64,000 bases of DNA. Origin: Candidatus Palauibacter ramosifaciens (GTDB lineage Bacteria; Gemmatimonadota; Gemmatimonadetes; Palauibacterales; Palauibacteraceae). Positions 27,950 to 37,479 of the stretch are shown here, one piece after another; the stretch's first letter is position 1, and each line of letters begins with the position of its first letter. Under the pieces are notes generated by a model, which ran no database searches, was not told the DNA's origin, and was given only the letters and a program-made list of their open reading frames with translations. Position numbers and translations under genes: made by a program. The stretch covers positions 14,459 through 78,458 of the forward strand of contig VXYT01000101.1 of the NCBI GenBank assembly GCA_009845855.1. Direction: 5' to 3'.

Positions 27950-28181
27950 TGGATTCCGGCCGCTCTTCACCTCCAGGGCGGTCAGGACGGATCCGGCGCG
28001 CAACACGAAGTCCACCTCGCGGCCACGGTCCCGCCAATAGTACACCTCGCACTCGTCCATGTCGGCGGCGTTTGTCAGGTGCGCCCTCCGTGAGACCGCG
28101 CTCGACGAGCAGGGGCGCCGAACCCGGCAACACCACCCTGAGCGGGCGGGCAGCGCGGTGGTACTCGTCCCACAGGCCCTG
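27950..28181 (-). pseudogene. Remnant of an AAA ATPase + DUF4143 nuclease-like gene with a large internal deletion
   Basis: One frame reads LWDE..RAARPLRVVLPGSAPLLVERGLTE (AAA sensor region). It abuts another frame reading GAHLTNAA..EVYYWRDRGREVDFVL....LTALEVKSGR (DUF4143 C-terminus). Confidence 0.7.
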
Positions 28182-28347
28182 AGGAGATGGAAGGCTTCGC
28201 GCCCGCACGCGGTTTTGCCACGGGCTGCCGGGCACGGCTATCGTTGCGGCTCGCATCCGAAGCCGCGGCGTTCGCGATTCCCAAGGCTCCGGTAAATCCA
28301 GCCGATGCCGCCGTCGCACCCAGCGCGAGCGGCTGCCGAAGATATCC

Positions 28348-29724
28348 ATGACCGACAACACGAACACGGACTCCGCCGCCGATTCGGGCCATCCGGCCGG
28401 GCTGATGGACAAGCTCGTGTCCCTCGCCAAGCGGCGCGGGTTCATCTTCCAGTCCTCCGAGATCTACGGAGGCGTCGGATCGGTGTACGACTACGGCCCG
28501 CTCGGCATCGAACTCAAGAGCCGCATCCAGGATCTGTGGTGGCGCGAGATGGTGTACCGCCACCCGAACATCGTCGGGCTCGACGCGGGAATCCTCATGA
28601 ACCCCGACGTGTGGGTCGCGAGCGGGCACGTCGGCGCGTTCACGGACCCGCTCGTCGAGTGCCGGACCTGCCACCGCCGCTTCCGCGTGGACGACCTGCC
28701 GAAGCTGGAGGCGGGCGAGCCCGAAGCGCAGCCGTGCGGGGTGTGCGGAACGACCGGCCAGTGGACCGACCCCCGCCAGTTCAACCTCATGTTCAAGACG
28801 TTCATGGGGGTGGTGGAGGACGAGGCCTCGACCGTCTACCTGCGGCCGGAGACGGCGCAGGGAATCTTCGTCAACTTCCGCAACGTGCAGGAATCCGTGC
28901 GCCAGAAAGTCCCGTTCGGGATCGCGCAGGTAGGGAAGGCGTTCCGGAACGAGATCACGCCGGGAAACTTCATCTTCCGCACGCGCGAGTTCGAGCAGAT
29001 GGAGATGCAGTTCTTCGTCGCGCCGGGGACGGAGGACGAGTGGTTCGAGACGTGGAAGGAACGCCGCATGGCGTGGGTCGAGACGCTTGGCATCCGGCCG
29101 GGGCGGCTGCGCTTCCACCGGCACGGGCCGGACGAACTTGCGCACTACTGCAAGGACGCGTCCGACATCCAATACCGGTTCCCGTTCGGGTGGCAGGAGT
29201 TCGAGGGAATCCACAACCGGACGGACTACGACCTCGGCCGCCACCAGGAGCACTCGGGGAAGAAGCTGGAGTACTTCGACCAGCCCGCGAACCGAAAGTA
29301 CGTCCCGTACGTGATCGAGACTTCGGCGGGACTCAGCCGCACCCTCCTCGTCGTGCTCGCGGACGCCTACGACGAGGAGGAAGTCGACGGCCAGCAGCGC
29401 GTCGTGCTGCGGCTCAAGCCGGCGCTGGCTCCCTTCCAGGCGGCCGTCTTTCCGCTCGTGAAGAAGGACGGAATGCCGGAGATCTCGGAGAAGTTGGCGG
29501 ATGAACTGCGCGGGCCTTTCAACGTGCTGCATGACATCGCGGGATCGATCGGAAAGCGGTACCGGCGGCAGGACGAGGCGGGGACGCCGTTCTGTCTCAC
29601 GATCGATGGGCAGACGCTTGAGGATGAGACGTGCACGGTGCGCGACCGCGATTCGCTCGAGCAGACGCGCGTGCCGCTGGCGGGCGTCGCGGCGTGGCTC
29701 GGCGCCGCGGTCGGCGGCGCCTGA
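28348..29724 (+). CDS. glyQS: Glycine--tRNA ligase (alpha2 type)
   Basis: LAKRRGFIFQSSEIYGG, YLRPETAQGIF, FRNEITP..FRTREFEQME, PYVIETSAG, IGKRYRRQDE. Confidence 0.97.
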   Translation: MTDNTNTDSAADSGHPAGLMDKLVSLAKRRGFIFQSSEIYGGVGSVYDYGPLGIELKSRIQDLWWREMVYRHPNIVGLDAGILMNPDVWVASGHVGAFTDPLVECRTCHRRFRVDDLPKLEAGEPEAQPCGVCGTTGQWTDPRQFNLMFKTFMGVVEDEASTVYLRPETAQGIFVNFRNVQESVRQKVPFGIAQVGKAFRNEITPGNFIFRTREFEQMEMQFFVAPGTEDEWFETWKERRMAWVETLGIRPGRLRFHRHGPDELAHYCKDASDIQYRFPFGWQEFEGIHNRTDYDLGRHQEHSGKKLEYFDQPANRKYVPYVIETSAGLSRTLLVVLADAYDEEEVDGQQRVVLRLKPALAPFQAAVFPLVKKDGMPEISEKLADELRGPFNVLHDIAGSIGKRYRRQDEAGTPFCLTIDGQTLEDETCTVRDRDSLEQTRVPLAGVAAWLGAAVGGA

Positions 29725-29739
29725 CCGGGCGGGCAGCGC

Positions 29740-31230
29740 TTGCCGTTCCGCGTAGCGGAGATCCGGGATCGGGCCCAACACCTGCAGAGCGCCCTGGCGC
29801 GCGCCTGGTATCGGCTGCGCAGCGGACAGGACGAACGGTCGTCGCTCGCGTCTCTGTACCGGCAACATCGACTTCTCCTCAGCCCAGGAGTGCTTCAGGC
29901 CATCCAGCGCGACCTTTCCGAGGCGTACGGAGATGAGCGCCGGCGCCTGAAGACGCTCTTCAATTGGGTTGCGGGCCAGCAGATCGAAGCCGAACTCGCC
30001 CCGCTGGACGACGAACTGCGGTCGTGGGAGACCGAGGCGACGGTCACCCTCGCCGAGCGGGAGATTCCGCTGAGGCGCGTCCCCGACTGGATCGTGCGCG
30101 CGGAGGACCGAGGCGAGCGGCTGGGGTGGGAGGCGGCGCGCCACCGACGGATCGAAGAGGCCGCGGCGCTTCGGCTCGATGTCGTGCACCGGGGACGCGA
30201 GGCGGTGGTTCAACTGGGTCTCGGGGGATTCACCGAGGCGCGGGAGCGGCTGGCCGGCCTGGATCTGCAGCGCGTGGAGCGCGATGCGGCGGCGATTCTG
30301 GAGGGTACCGAAGCGCGCTACCGGCGGATGTTCGCGGCCGAGGCGGAGGCTCGCCTCGACCCGCGCGAGGGCCCCCCGTCGCGAGCCGACGCGCGGTGGC
30401 TGATGGGGATGCGCTGGCTCGGGCGGCACTTCGAGGTCGAGCCGTTCGCCGCGCATCTTCGCCGCGCCATGGAGGGGTTGGGACTCGGTCGGGTGTTCGA
30501 TCGCTCCGTGCGTGTCGACATCGACCGGCGATCGCTCAAGGACGAGCGGTCGTTCACGGCGGTCATCGACGTGCCGGGGGACGTGCGCCTCGTCGTGTGT
30601 CCGCTCGGGGGATGGATCGACGCGCGCCGCCTGCTCCACGAAACGGGACACGCGCTCCACTACACGCACGCCTCCGCCGCGCTCTCGTGGGAGGAGCGGG
30701 TGCTGGGCGACGATTCGATCGGCGAGTCTTTCGGCCTGGTGTTCGACTCGCTGACGCTGGATCGCGGATGGGTCGAATCCGCGACGGGACTCAAGGGCGC
30801 CGCGCTCGAGGACTATCGACAACTCGCGGCCTTCCTGAGGCTCTACCGTCTGCGCCGGGATGCCGCGCGGCTTCTCTGGGAGGTGGAGCTGGCCCGGGCG
30901 GTGCGGCCGGGCGAGCAGGCCGGCCGATACGCCGAACTGCTGAGCGAAGCGACCGGGTTCGCGCACCATCCGGGCACCTACCTGACGGATCATCGTCGGG
31001 GCTTCCAGGCCGCGCGGCGCCTGCGCGGCTGGATGCTCAGCTCCATCATCATCGATCGCCTGAACAAGCGCTTCGGGGCCGAATGGCACCGCAGCGTCGC
31101 GGCGGGCAAGTTCCTGCTCGAGGTCCTTTCGACCGGCCGGCGCGAGGATGCCGCGCAAGTCGCCCCGCAGTTCGGCGTGGAGGGGCTGACGCCCGAGACG
31201 CTGCTCGGGCGCGTCGAGCGCTGGCAGTGA
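29740..31230 (+). CDS. Gluzincin-like (M3/M32-related) putative metallopeptidase
   Basis: LLHETGHALH motif with a downstream Glu (SIGESF); TTG start. Confidence 0.65.
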   Translation: MPFRVAEIRDRAQHLQSALARAWYRLRSGQDERSSLASLYRQHRLLLSPGVLQAIQRDLSEAYGDERRRLKTLFNWVAGQQIEAELAPLDDELRSWETEATVTLAEREIPLRRVPDWIVRAEDRGERLGWEAARHRRIEEAAALRLDVVHRGREAVVQLGLGGFTEARERLAGLDLQRVERDAAAILEGTEARYRRMFAAEAEARLDPREGPPSRADARWLMGMRWLGRHFEVEPFAAHLRRAMEGLGLGRVFDRSVRVDIDRRSLKDERSFTAVIDVPGDVRLVVCPLGGWIDARRLLHETGHALHYTHASAALSWEERVLGDDSIGESFGLVFDSLTLDRGWVESATGLKGAALEDYRQLAAFLRLYRLRRDAARLLWEVELARAVRPGEQAGRYAELLSEATGFAHHPGTYLTDHRRGFQAARRLRGWMLSSIIIDRLNKRFGAEWHRSVAAGKFLLEVLSTGRREDAAQVAPQFGVEGLTPETLLGRVERWQ

Positions 31231-31240
31231 GCGGACCCCA

Positions 31241-32236
31241 GTGAGCGGGCTGGGCTGGCCGGGCAGGTTCGCGCTGGGCGCGGCGGCCGGAGTTGCGGGC
31301 GTCGGCTGGTGGCTGGCCATGACGCGCCGCAACCAGGCGCTGGTGCGGCCGCCCGTCCGGGATGGCTCCGGCGAGGCGCTCCCCGGCGGCGTCATCGAGT
31401 ATTCCGACGGCGAGAGGGTCGAGTACGTCGACGCGGGGTCGGGTGATGCGCTCGTCTGGGTCCCCGGCGCGGACGGGCCGAAGGAGACGTTTCGCTATCA
31501 GTTGCCGAGCTTCGCCCGGCGGCATCGCGTGGTGTGCGCGGACCTGCGGCGCGAGTTCGCCGCCGAGGACGACTTCGACCGCATGGTCGACGACGTGGCC
31601 GAACTGGTGGACGCGCGCGGCGTCGAGCGTTTCGTCCTCATCGGAGTGAGCCTCGGCAGCGCCATCGCGATGCGCTTCGCCCACCGATTTCCGGAACGGC
31701 TGCGCGGGATGGTCCTCTGCAACCCCCTGGCGCACATCTCCTACGACCACGTCGGCGTCGACGACCTGGCCCTCATCGTTCTCGCCAGGTTCACGACGCG
31801 ATACCTGCCGACGGAGGTGTCGCGCGGCTTCGCCCGCTTCTGGAGCCGCCACGGCATCTGGGTCTTCGACGACTCCCCCGGCCGGGAAGCGCTTATCGAA
31901 TACGCGCTCTTCACCGGTCCGCGGACGGTACGCCCCGCCGTTGCGACCGCCCGCGTTGCCCGCCTGCGGAAGATCGACCTGCGGCCCGGCCTGGCGGACA
32001 CCGCGGTTCCCGCGCTCGTGGTGAAGGGCCCGCGCGATGAGTATTGTCCGGTGGAGTGGGCGCGCGAGATCACCGAACTGCTCCCCAACGCCGAGTACGT
32101 TCCCATTCCCGGCACCGGGCACGGCTCGCACATCTCGCGCCCCGGCGCCTTCAATGAGACGCTGGACGATTGGCTCCAGCGGCTCCGGGCGCGGGAGGAA
32201 GCGGAAGAAGAGTCAGTCGAGAGAGGCGACGCATGA
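31241..32236 (+). CDS. Alpha/beta hydrolase with N-terminal membrane anchor
   Basis: GVSLG nucleophile motif; KGPRD; GTGHGSH. Confidence 0.85.
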   Translation: MSGLGWPGRFALGAAAGVAGVGWWLAMTRRNQALVRPPVRDGSGEALPGGVIEYSDGERVEYVDAGSGDALVWVPGADGPKETFRYQLPSFARRHRVVCADLRREFAAEDDFDRMVDDVAELVDARGVERFVLIGVSLGSAIAMRFAHRFPERLRGMVLCNPLAHISYDHVGVDDLALIVLARFTTRYLPTEVSRGFARFWSRHGIWVFDDSPGREALIEYALFTGPRTVRPAVATARVARLRKIDLRPGLADTAVPALVVKGPRDEYCPVEWAREITELLPNAEYVPIPGTGHGSHISRPGAFNETLDDWLQRLRAREEAEEESVERGDA

Positions 32237-33720
32237 CGAATCCCGTCTTCAGCTCCCGGGCCGCGATGATGCTGGCCATGCTCGGGATGGCCGTCGGAAC
32301 CGGCAACATCTGGCGCTTCCCGCGCATCGCGGCCTCCAACGGTGGCGGCTCCTTCCTCGTCGCGTGGGTCGTCTTCCTCTTCCTCTGGTCCGTGCCCCTG
32401 ATCCTCGCGGAGTTCGCCGCCGGGAAGGCGACCCGCTCGGGTCCGATCGGAGCGTTCACGAAGCTCGGGGGGAAGAAGGCCGCCTGGATGGGCGCCTGGA
32501 TCGCCTTCATCTCGACCGCGATCATGTTCTACTACACGGTCGTCATGGGCTGGACGATCCGGTATCTCGTCGGGGCCGTCACCGGCACCGTGCCGACGGC
32601 TCCCTGCGAGGTCGGGGCCGGGGCGTGCGTCGGGCCGCAGGAGTACTGGGACAGCTTCATCGGCTCTCCGTGGCCGATCCTCACGCACGCGATTGCGATC
32701 GGGCTTGCGGTGATCGTGGTACTCCGCGGCGTGAAGGGCATCGAGCGCGCCGCGCGCTTTCTCATCCCGAGTCTGTTGCTTCTCGTTCTGGCGCTCACGG
32801 TCCGGGCGGTCACGCTCCCGGGGGCGAGCGCGGGTCTGGCGTTCCTCTTCACGCCCGACTGGGCGCAGTTGGGCGACCCGACGATCTGGCTCGAGGCCCT
32901 GACCCAGAACGCTTGGGACACGGGCGCGGGCTGGGGGCTGATCACCGCGTACGCGGTCTACATGAAGAAGCGCGAGGACACGACACTGAACGCCTTCATG
33001 CTCGGGTTCGGGAACAACTCCGTGTCGCTGCTGGCAGGCATCATGGTGCTGTGCACGGTGTTCGCGATCCTGCCCAACGCGGCCGACCAGATCGTCGGAG
33101 CCGGGAACGAGGGACTGACCTTCATCTGGGTGCCGCAACTCTTCGGGCTCATGCCGGGCGGCTCCGTGTTCATGGTCCTCTTCTTCCTCGCGCTCGTGTT
33201 CGCGGCTTGGAGCAGCCTGATCGCGATGATCGAGATGCCCACGCGCGTCCTCGCGGACGCCGGGATCGCGCGCAAGAGGGCCGTGCTGACGATCGGCGGC
33301 CTCGGGTTCATCCTCGGACTGCCGTCGGCGATCTGGATCGAGGTCTTCCGCAATCAGGACTGGGTGTGGGGCGTCGGGCTGATGCTGAGCGGCCTCTTCT
33401 TCTCGCTCATGATCATGCGCCACGGCGTGGACCGCTTCCGCACCCGGCTCGTGAACAGCAAGGGCAGCGACCTCGTGGTCGGACGGTGGTGGAACGTCGT
33501 GATTCGACTCGTGGCCCTGCAGGCGGTCGTGATCACCGTGTGGTGGCTGTGGCGATCCATCGATCTGAACGACCTCGCCGCGTCGTTCACGCTGTTCTCG
33601 CAGTTCAACGTCGGAACGGTGCTCATCCAGTGGGCGATCGCGATCGCCGCCTTCGTGGGTCTCAACCGCTGGCTGGCCGCGAACGCCGCAGGCTCCCCCG
33701 CTTCGGCGGAAGACGCCTGA
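32233..33720 (+). CDS. Sodium-dependent transporter (NSS/SNF family)
   Basis: GMAVGTGNIWRFP, NGGGSF, multiple TM segments; ATGA overlap. Confidence 0.93.
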   Translation: MTNPVFSSRAAMMLAMLGMAVGTGNIWRFPRIAASNGGGSFLVAWVVFLFLWSVPLILAEFAAGKATRSGPIGAFTKLGGKKAAWMGAWIAFISTAIMFYYTVVMGWTIRYLVGAVTGTVPTAPCEVGAGACVGPQEYWDSFIGSPWPILTHAIAIGLAVIVVLRGVKGIERAARFLIPSLLLLVLALTVRAVTLPGASAGLAFLFTPDWAQLGDPTIWLEALTQNAWDTGAGWGLITAYAVYMKKREDTTLNAFMLGFGNNSVSLLAGIMVLCTVFAILPNAADQIVGAGNEGLTFIWVPQLFGLMPGGSVFMVLFFLALVFAAWSSLIAMIEMPTRVLADAGIARKRAVLTIGGLGFILGLPSAIWIEVFRNQDWVWGVGLMLSGLFFSLMIMRHGVDRFRTRLVNSKGSDLVVGRWWNVVIRLVALQAVVITVWWLWRSIDLNDLAASFTLFSQFNVGTVLIQWAIAIAAFVGLNRWLAANAAGSPASAEDA

Positions 33721-33747
33721 CGGAGGCGGCGACCGTTCGATCGCGCG

Positions 33748-34452
33748 GTGAACTTCAACCGATTCGAGACGGCGGCCCGCCGCATGTGGCACGAGATTCC
33801 CGCCGAGGCACGGGAGGGGGTCGACGGGCTGACGATCGAGCCCGAGGCCGCACGCCACCCCGACTTCGGCTGGGTGTACACGATGGGGGAGTGCCTGACG
33901 GAGGCGTGGCCGAGCGGCGCCGGCGGGGACGGCGACGTGCGTTCGGAACTCGTCCTCTACCATGGCTCCTTCCGGGCGCTCGCGGAGGAGGATCCGGACT
34001 TCGACTGGGAAGGGGAACTGTGGGAGACGATCCTGCACGAACTGCTGCACCACCGGGAATCGGCCGCCGGGGAGGCGGGTCTGGATGAGGTGGACTGGGC
34101 GCACGAACAGAATCTGCGCCGGCTCGCGGGGGAGCCCTTCGATCCGGATTTCTGCCGGGCCGTGCCATCCGGCCCGGACGGGATCGTGAAGCTGGAGTCG
34201 GAGCTGTTCGTCGAGTCGGTGATCCCGGAAAACGCGGATGAAGCCGTCTTCGAATGGCGCGGCCGACGCTACGCCGTGGAGGCTCCGGTGTACGCGAGCC
34301 GCGCGTTCGTGGAAGTGCCGAACCTGGCCGGGGGCCGTCTGTGCGTCATCATCCGCCGCCGCCCTCCATGGTGGCGGTTCCCGCGCGGGAAGAAATACAG
34401 GCCCGCACAAGTCTCCCTCCCGGCGTACCCTCTCCCCGCCGAAGACGGCTGA
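33748..34452 (+). CDS. Minimal zincin-like metallopeptidase family protein
   Basis: LVLYHGSF..ELWETILHELLHH. Confidence 0.75.
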   Translation: MNFNRFETAARRMWHEIPAEAREGVDGLTIEPEAARHPDFGWVYTMGECLTEAWPSGAGGDGDVRSELVLYHGSFRALAEEDPDFDWEGELWETILHELLHHRESAAGEAGLDEVDWAHEQNLRRLAGEPFDPDFCRAVPSGPDGIVKLESELFVESVIPENADEAVFEWRGRRYAVEAPVYASRAFVEVPNLAGGRLCVIIRRRPPWWRFPRGKKYRPAQVSLPAYPLPAEDG

Positions 34453-35660
34453 TGCCGCTATTCGGCAGCTTTCGGATCGGACGCTGGTTCGGCTTCCCCA
34501 TCCGGATCGACTATTCGTGGTTTCCGATCGCGGCGCTCGTGATCTGGACCTTCACCACGCGCGAATTCCCGCGCGCGCTGCCCTGCCATCCCTCATCCAC
34601 GTATCTCGCGATGGGCACGGCGGCGGCGCTCCTCTTCTTCCTCTCCGTGCTCCTGCACGAACTGGGTCACGCCCTGGCGGGCCGGGCGCGGGGGGTGGAA
34701 GTCGAGCACATCACGCTCTTCATCTTCGGCGGCATCGCGCAGGCGCGCGACGAGGCCCGGCGTCCGCTGGACGAATTCCTGCTCACCGCGGCGGGGCCCC
34801 TCGCGAGCGTCGCCCTCGCCGGCGCGTTCCACGGCGGGCGGGTGGCGGCGGAGGCCTGGGGCGCCCCGGCGCCGGTGGTCACGGTGCTCGGGTTCCTCGC
34901 GCTCCTCAATTTCGTGCTCGCCGTCTTCAACATGATCCCCGGCTTTCCGCTCGACGGGGGCCGGATCTTCCGCTCCATCGTGTGGGCGGTCACCGGAGAT
35001 CTCGTCAAGGCCACCCGGTGGGCGACACAGGGGGGACGGCTGTTCGGCGGCGCGCTCATCGTGCTCGGGCTCTTCAACCTGAGCCGCGGGCAGTTCCTCT
35101 CCGGCGTGTGGGCGGCCTTCATCGGCTGGTTCGTGGTCAACGCGGCCTCGTCGAGCCTGCGGCACTTCGAACTTCGCACGCTCCTGCGCCGGATCCCGGT
35201 CGCGACGGTCATGAACCCCCGCCCCCGCATGATCGAGGCGGACATGCCCGTGGAGAGGGCCATATCCGACTACTTCCTGCGCGGACGGGAGGAGGCGTAT
35301 CCGGTCGCGCGCGACGGCGACCTGATCGGGGTCGTCGAAGCGCAGGCGGCCTCCGCCGTACCGGAGGATGCTCGCGCAACGACGCCCGTCGCGGCGGTCA
35401 CGCGGCCCGCCGAGGAGTTCCCGGTGGCACGCCCCGACGAGTCCCTGGCCGAAGCCCTGTTCCGGATTCGAATCCAGGTGTCGTACCTGCTCGTGATCGA
35501 GAACGGGTTCGTCGTCGGCGCGCTCGACCCGCGGGAGGTCGGCGCGAGAGTGCAGCGGCTGCAGCGGATGGGGCTCGTGTCGCTGGACGGGAGGCCGGTC
35601 GCTGCCCGGGGTCCGGCCTCCGGGGAGGACCTCGGGCCACCGCCCGCCAGGAGCGCCTGA
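34452..35660 (+). CDS. Site-2 protease (M50) with CBS domains
   Basis: LLHELGH, AAGP, FNMIPGFPLDGGR, C-terminal CBS pair; TGATG overlap. Confidence 0.92.
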   Translation: MPLFGSFRIGRWFGFPIRIDYSWFPIAALVIWTFTTREFPRALPCHPSSTYLAMGTAAALLFFLSVLLHELGHALAGRARGVEVEHITLFIFGGIAQARDEARRPLDEFLLTAAGPLASVALAGAFHGGRVAAEAWGAPAPVVTVLGFLALLNFVLAVFNMIPGFPLDGGRIFRSIVWAVTGDLVKATRWATQGGRLFGGALIVLGLFNLSRGQFLSGVWAAFIGWFVVNAASSSLRHFELRTLLRRIPVATVMNPRPRMIEADMPVERAISDYFLRGREEAYPVARDGDLIGVVEAQAASAVPEDARATTPVAAVTRPAEEFPVARPDESLAEALFRIRIQVSYLLVIENGFVVGALDPREVGARVQRLQRMGLVSLDGRPVAARGPASGEDLGPPPARSA

Positions 35661-35663
35661 GCC

Positions 35664-36323
35664 GTGCCCCGGGCACGTTCGTGGAAGGCTCGTTCCGAGT
35701 TGGCCGCGGCCCTGTCTCCGCGACTTGCCGCCCTCTATCCGGACCTCACCGTCTCGCTGGACTGGGAGACGCCACTCCAGTTGATCGTCGCGACGGTGCT
35801 CTCGGCCCAGTGCACGGACGAGCGCGTGAACCGGGTTACGCGCGCCCTCTTCCCGGCCTATCCCGACGCCCGCGCGTACGCCGACGCGCCGCTGGAGGAG
35901 TTGCGGGAAGCCGTGCGCCCGACGGGATTCTTCAACAACAAGGCGCGCCACCTGAAGGGGCTCGGCCGCCGCCTCGTCGACGTGTACGGCGGGGAGGTCC
36001 CGGGGACGATGGAGGACCTGCTCACGCTGCCGGGCGTTGCCCGGAAGACGGCGAACGTCGTGCTTTCCAACGCGTTCGGGCTCCACGAGGGCGTGGTCGT
36101 GGACACGCACGTGAAGCGGGTCACGCACCGCCTCGGCCTCACGAACGAGGTCGATCCCCCCAAGGTGGAGAAGGACCTGATGAGGGTGCTGCCTCGGGAG
36201 GAATGGCACCCCTTCGCGTGGCGCTCGATCCTGCACGGCCGCACGGTCTGCTACGCCCGGAAACCGCGTTGCGCCGCGTGCCCGGTGGCCGATCTGTGCG
36301 CGAGCGCCGGGAAGTTCGGGTGA
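35664..36323 (+). CDS. nth: Endonuclease III
   Basis: LSAQCTD, LPGVARKTANV, VDTHV, CxxxxxxCxxCxxxxxC. Confidence 0.95.
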   Translation: MPRARSWKARSELAAALSPRLAALYPDLTVSLDWETPLQLIVATVLSAQCTDERVNRVTRALFPAYPDARAYADAPLEELREAVRPTGFFNNKARHLKGLGRRLVDVYGGEVPGTMEDLLTLPGVARKTANVVLSNAFGLHEGVVVDTHVKRVTHRLGLTNEVDPPKVEKDLMRVLPREEWHPFAWRSILHGRTVCYARKPRCAACPVADLCASAGKFG

Positions 36324-36324
36324 T

Positions 36325-37434
36325 GTGAAGGTCGCCCGCGATGCCGCCGCGCTGAAGCGGGACGTCCGCGCCGCCGCGCGGGCCGCCGGGTTCGACCAGG
36401 TGGGGTTCGCTCCTGCGGCGGCACCGGCGCACGCGGAGGCGTACGAGGCCTGGCTCGCGAGCGGTTACCACGGCGAGATGGGCTACATGGCGCGCGAAGA
36501 CGCGGTGCGCCGCCGCCTCGACCCGCGCGAGGCCCTTCCCGGCTGCCGGACGCTCATCGTAGTGAGCCTCCTCTACGGGTCGGCGCCGGCCGGCACGACG
36601 GGGCCGGGCGGGCGGCCCGTCGGCCGCGGGGATCCCGACCGGCACCGCCGGCTGCCGGTCGTCGCCCGCTACGCGCTGGGCCGCGATTACCACGACGTGT
36701 TCGAGGAGCGGCTCGACGCGCTCTCCGCCGCGATCGAAGGCCTCTCTCCCGGCGCCCGCACGCAGCGCTACGTCGACTACGGCCCCGTCCTCGAGCGGGA
36801 CCACGCACAGCGCGCGGGCCTGGGCTGGATCGGCAGGAACACGATGCTCCTTCACCCCGACCTCGGGTCCTACTTCATGCTGGGAGAGCTGCTCACGGAC
36901 CTCGAGATCGAACCCGATCCGCCGTTCGTCCACGACCGCTGCGGGACCTGCCGCCGCTGCATCGACGCCTGCCCGACGGACGCGATTCTCGATGGCCGGC
37001 TCCTCGATGCGCGCCTCTGCATCTCGTATCTCACGATCGAACTCCGGGGCTCCATCCCCGAGACGCTGCGCCCCGCGATCGGAAACCGCGTGTTCGGCTG
37101 CGACATCTGCCAGGAAGTGTGCCCTTGGAACCGGGACGCCCCCGTCCCCGCGGAGGCGCCGTTCGCGCCCCGGCCCGGCCAGCCGGTGCCGCCGGAGGAC
37201 ATGATCGCGTGGGCCGAGGAACTCGCCCCCCTCGACGCCAACGAGTTCCGGGCTCGCTACCGCGGAACGGCGTTCAGCCGCCCCGGCCGCGACGGGCTCC
37301 TCCGCAACCTGGCCGTCGGCCTCGGCAACGCCGGCGGGCTCGCCGCCCGCCCGATCCTGCGGCGCCTCGCGGAGGACCCGTCTCCGCTCGTCCGCGAGCA
37401 CGCCCGCTGGGCGCTCAACGTGCTCCACGGTTAG
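36325..37434 (+). CDS. queG: tRNA epoxyqueuosine reductase
   Basis: ARYALGRDYH, VDYGPVLER, GLGWIGRN, CGTCRRCIDACPT, CISYLTIE, GCDICQEVCPWN. Confidence 0.95.
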   Translation: MKVARDAAALKRDVRAAARAAGFDQVGFAPAAAPAHAEAYEAWLASGYHGEMGYMAREDAVRRRLDPREALPGCRTLIVVSLLYGSAPAGTTGPGGRPVGRGDPDRHRRLPVVARYALGRDYHDVFEERLDALSAAIEGLSPGARTQRYVDYGPVLERDHAQRAGLGWIGRNTMLLHPDLGSYFMLGELLTDLEIEPDPPFVHDRCGTCRRCIDACPTDAILDGRLLDARLCISYLTIELRGSIPETLRPAIGNRVFGCDICQEVCPWNRDAPVPAEAPFAPRPGQPVPPEDMIAWAEELAPLDANEFRARYRGTAFSRPGRDGLLRNLAVGLGNAGGLAARPILRRLAEDPSPLVREHARWALNVLHG

Positions 37435-37479
37435 GTTGGACGTTCGCAGCGAAACGTGTAGAACCGAGGAGAAAGACGC

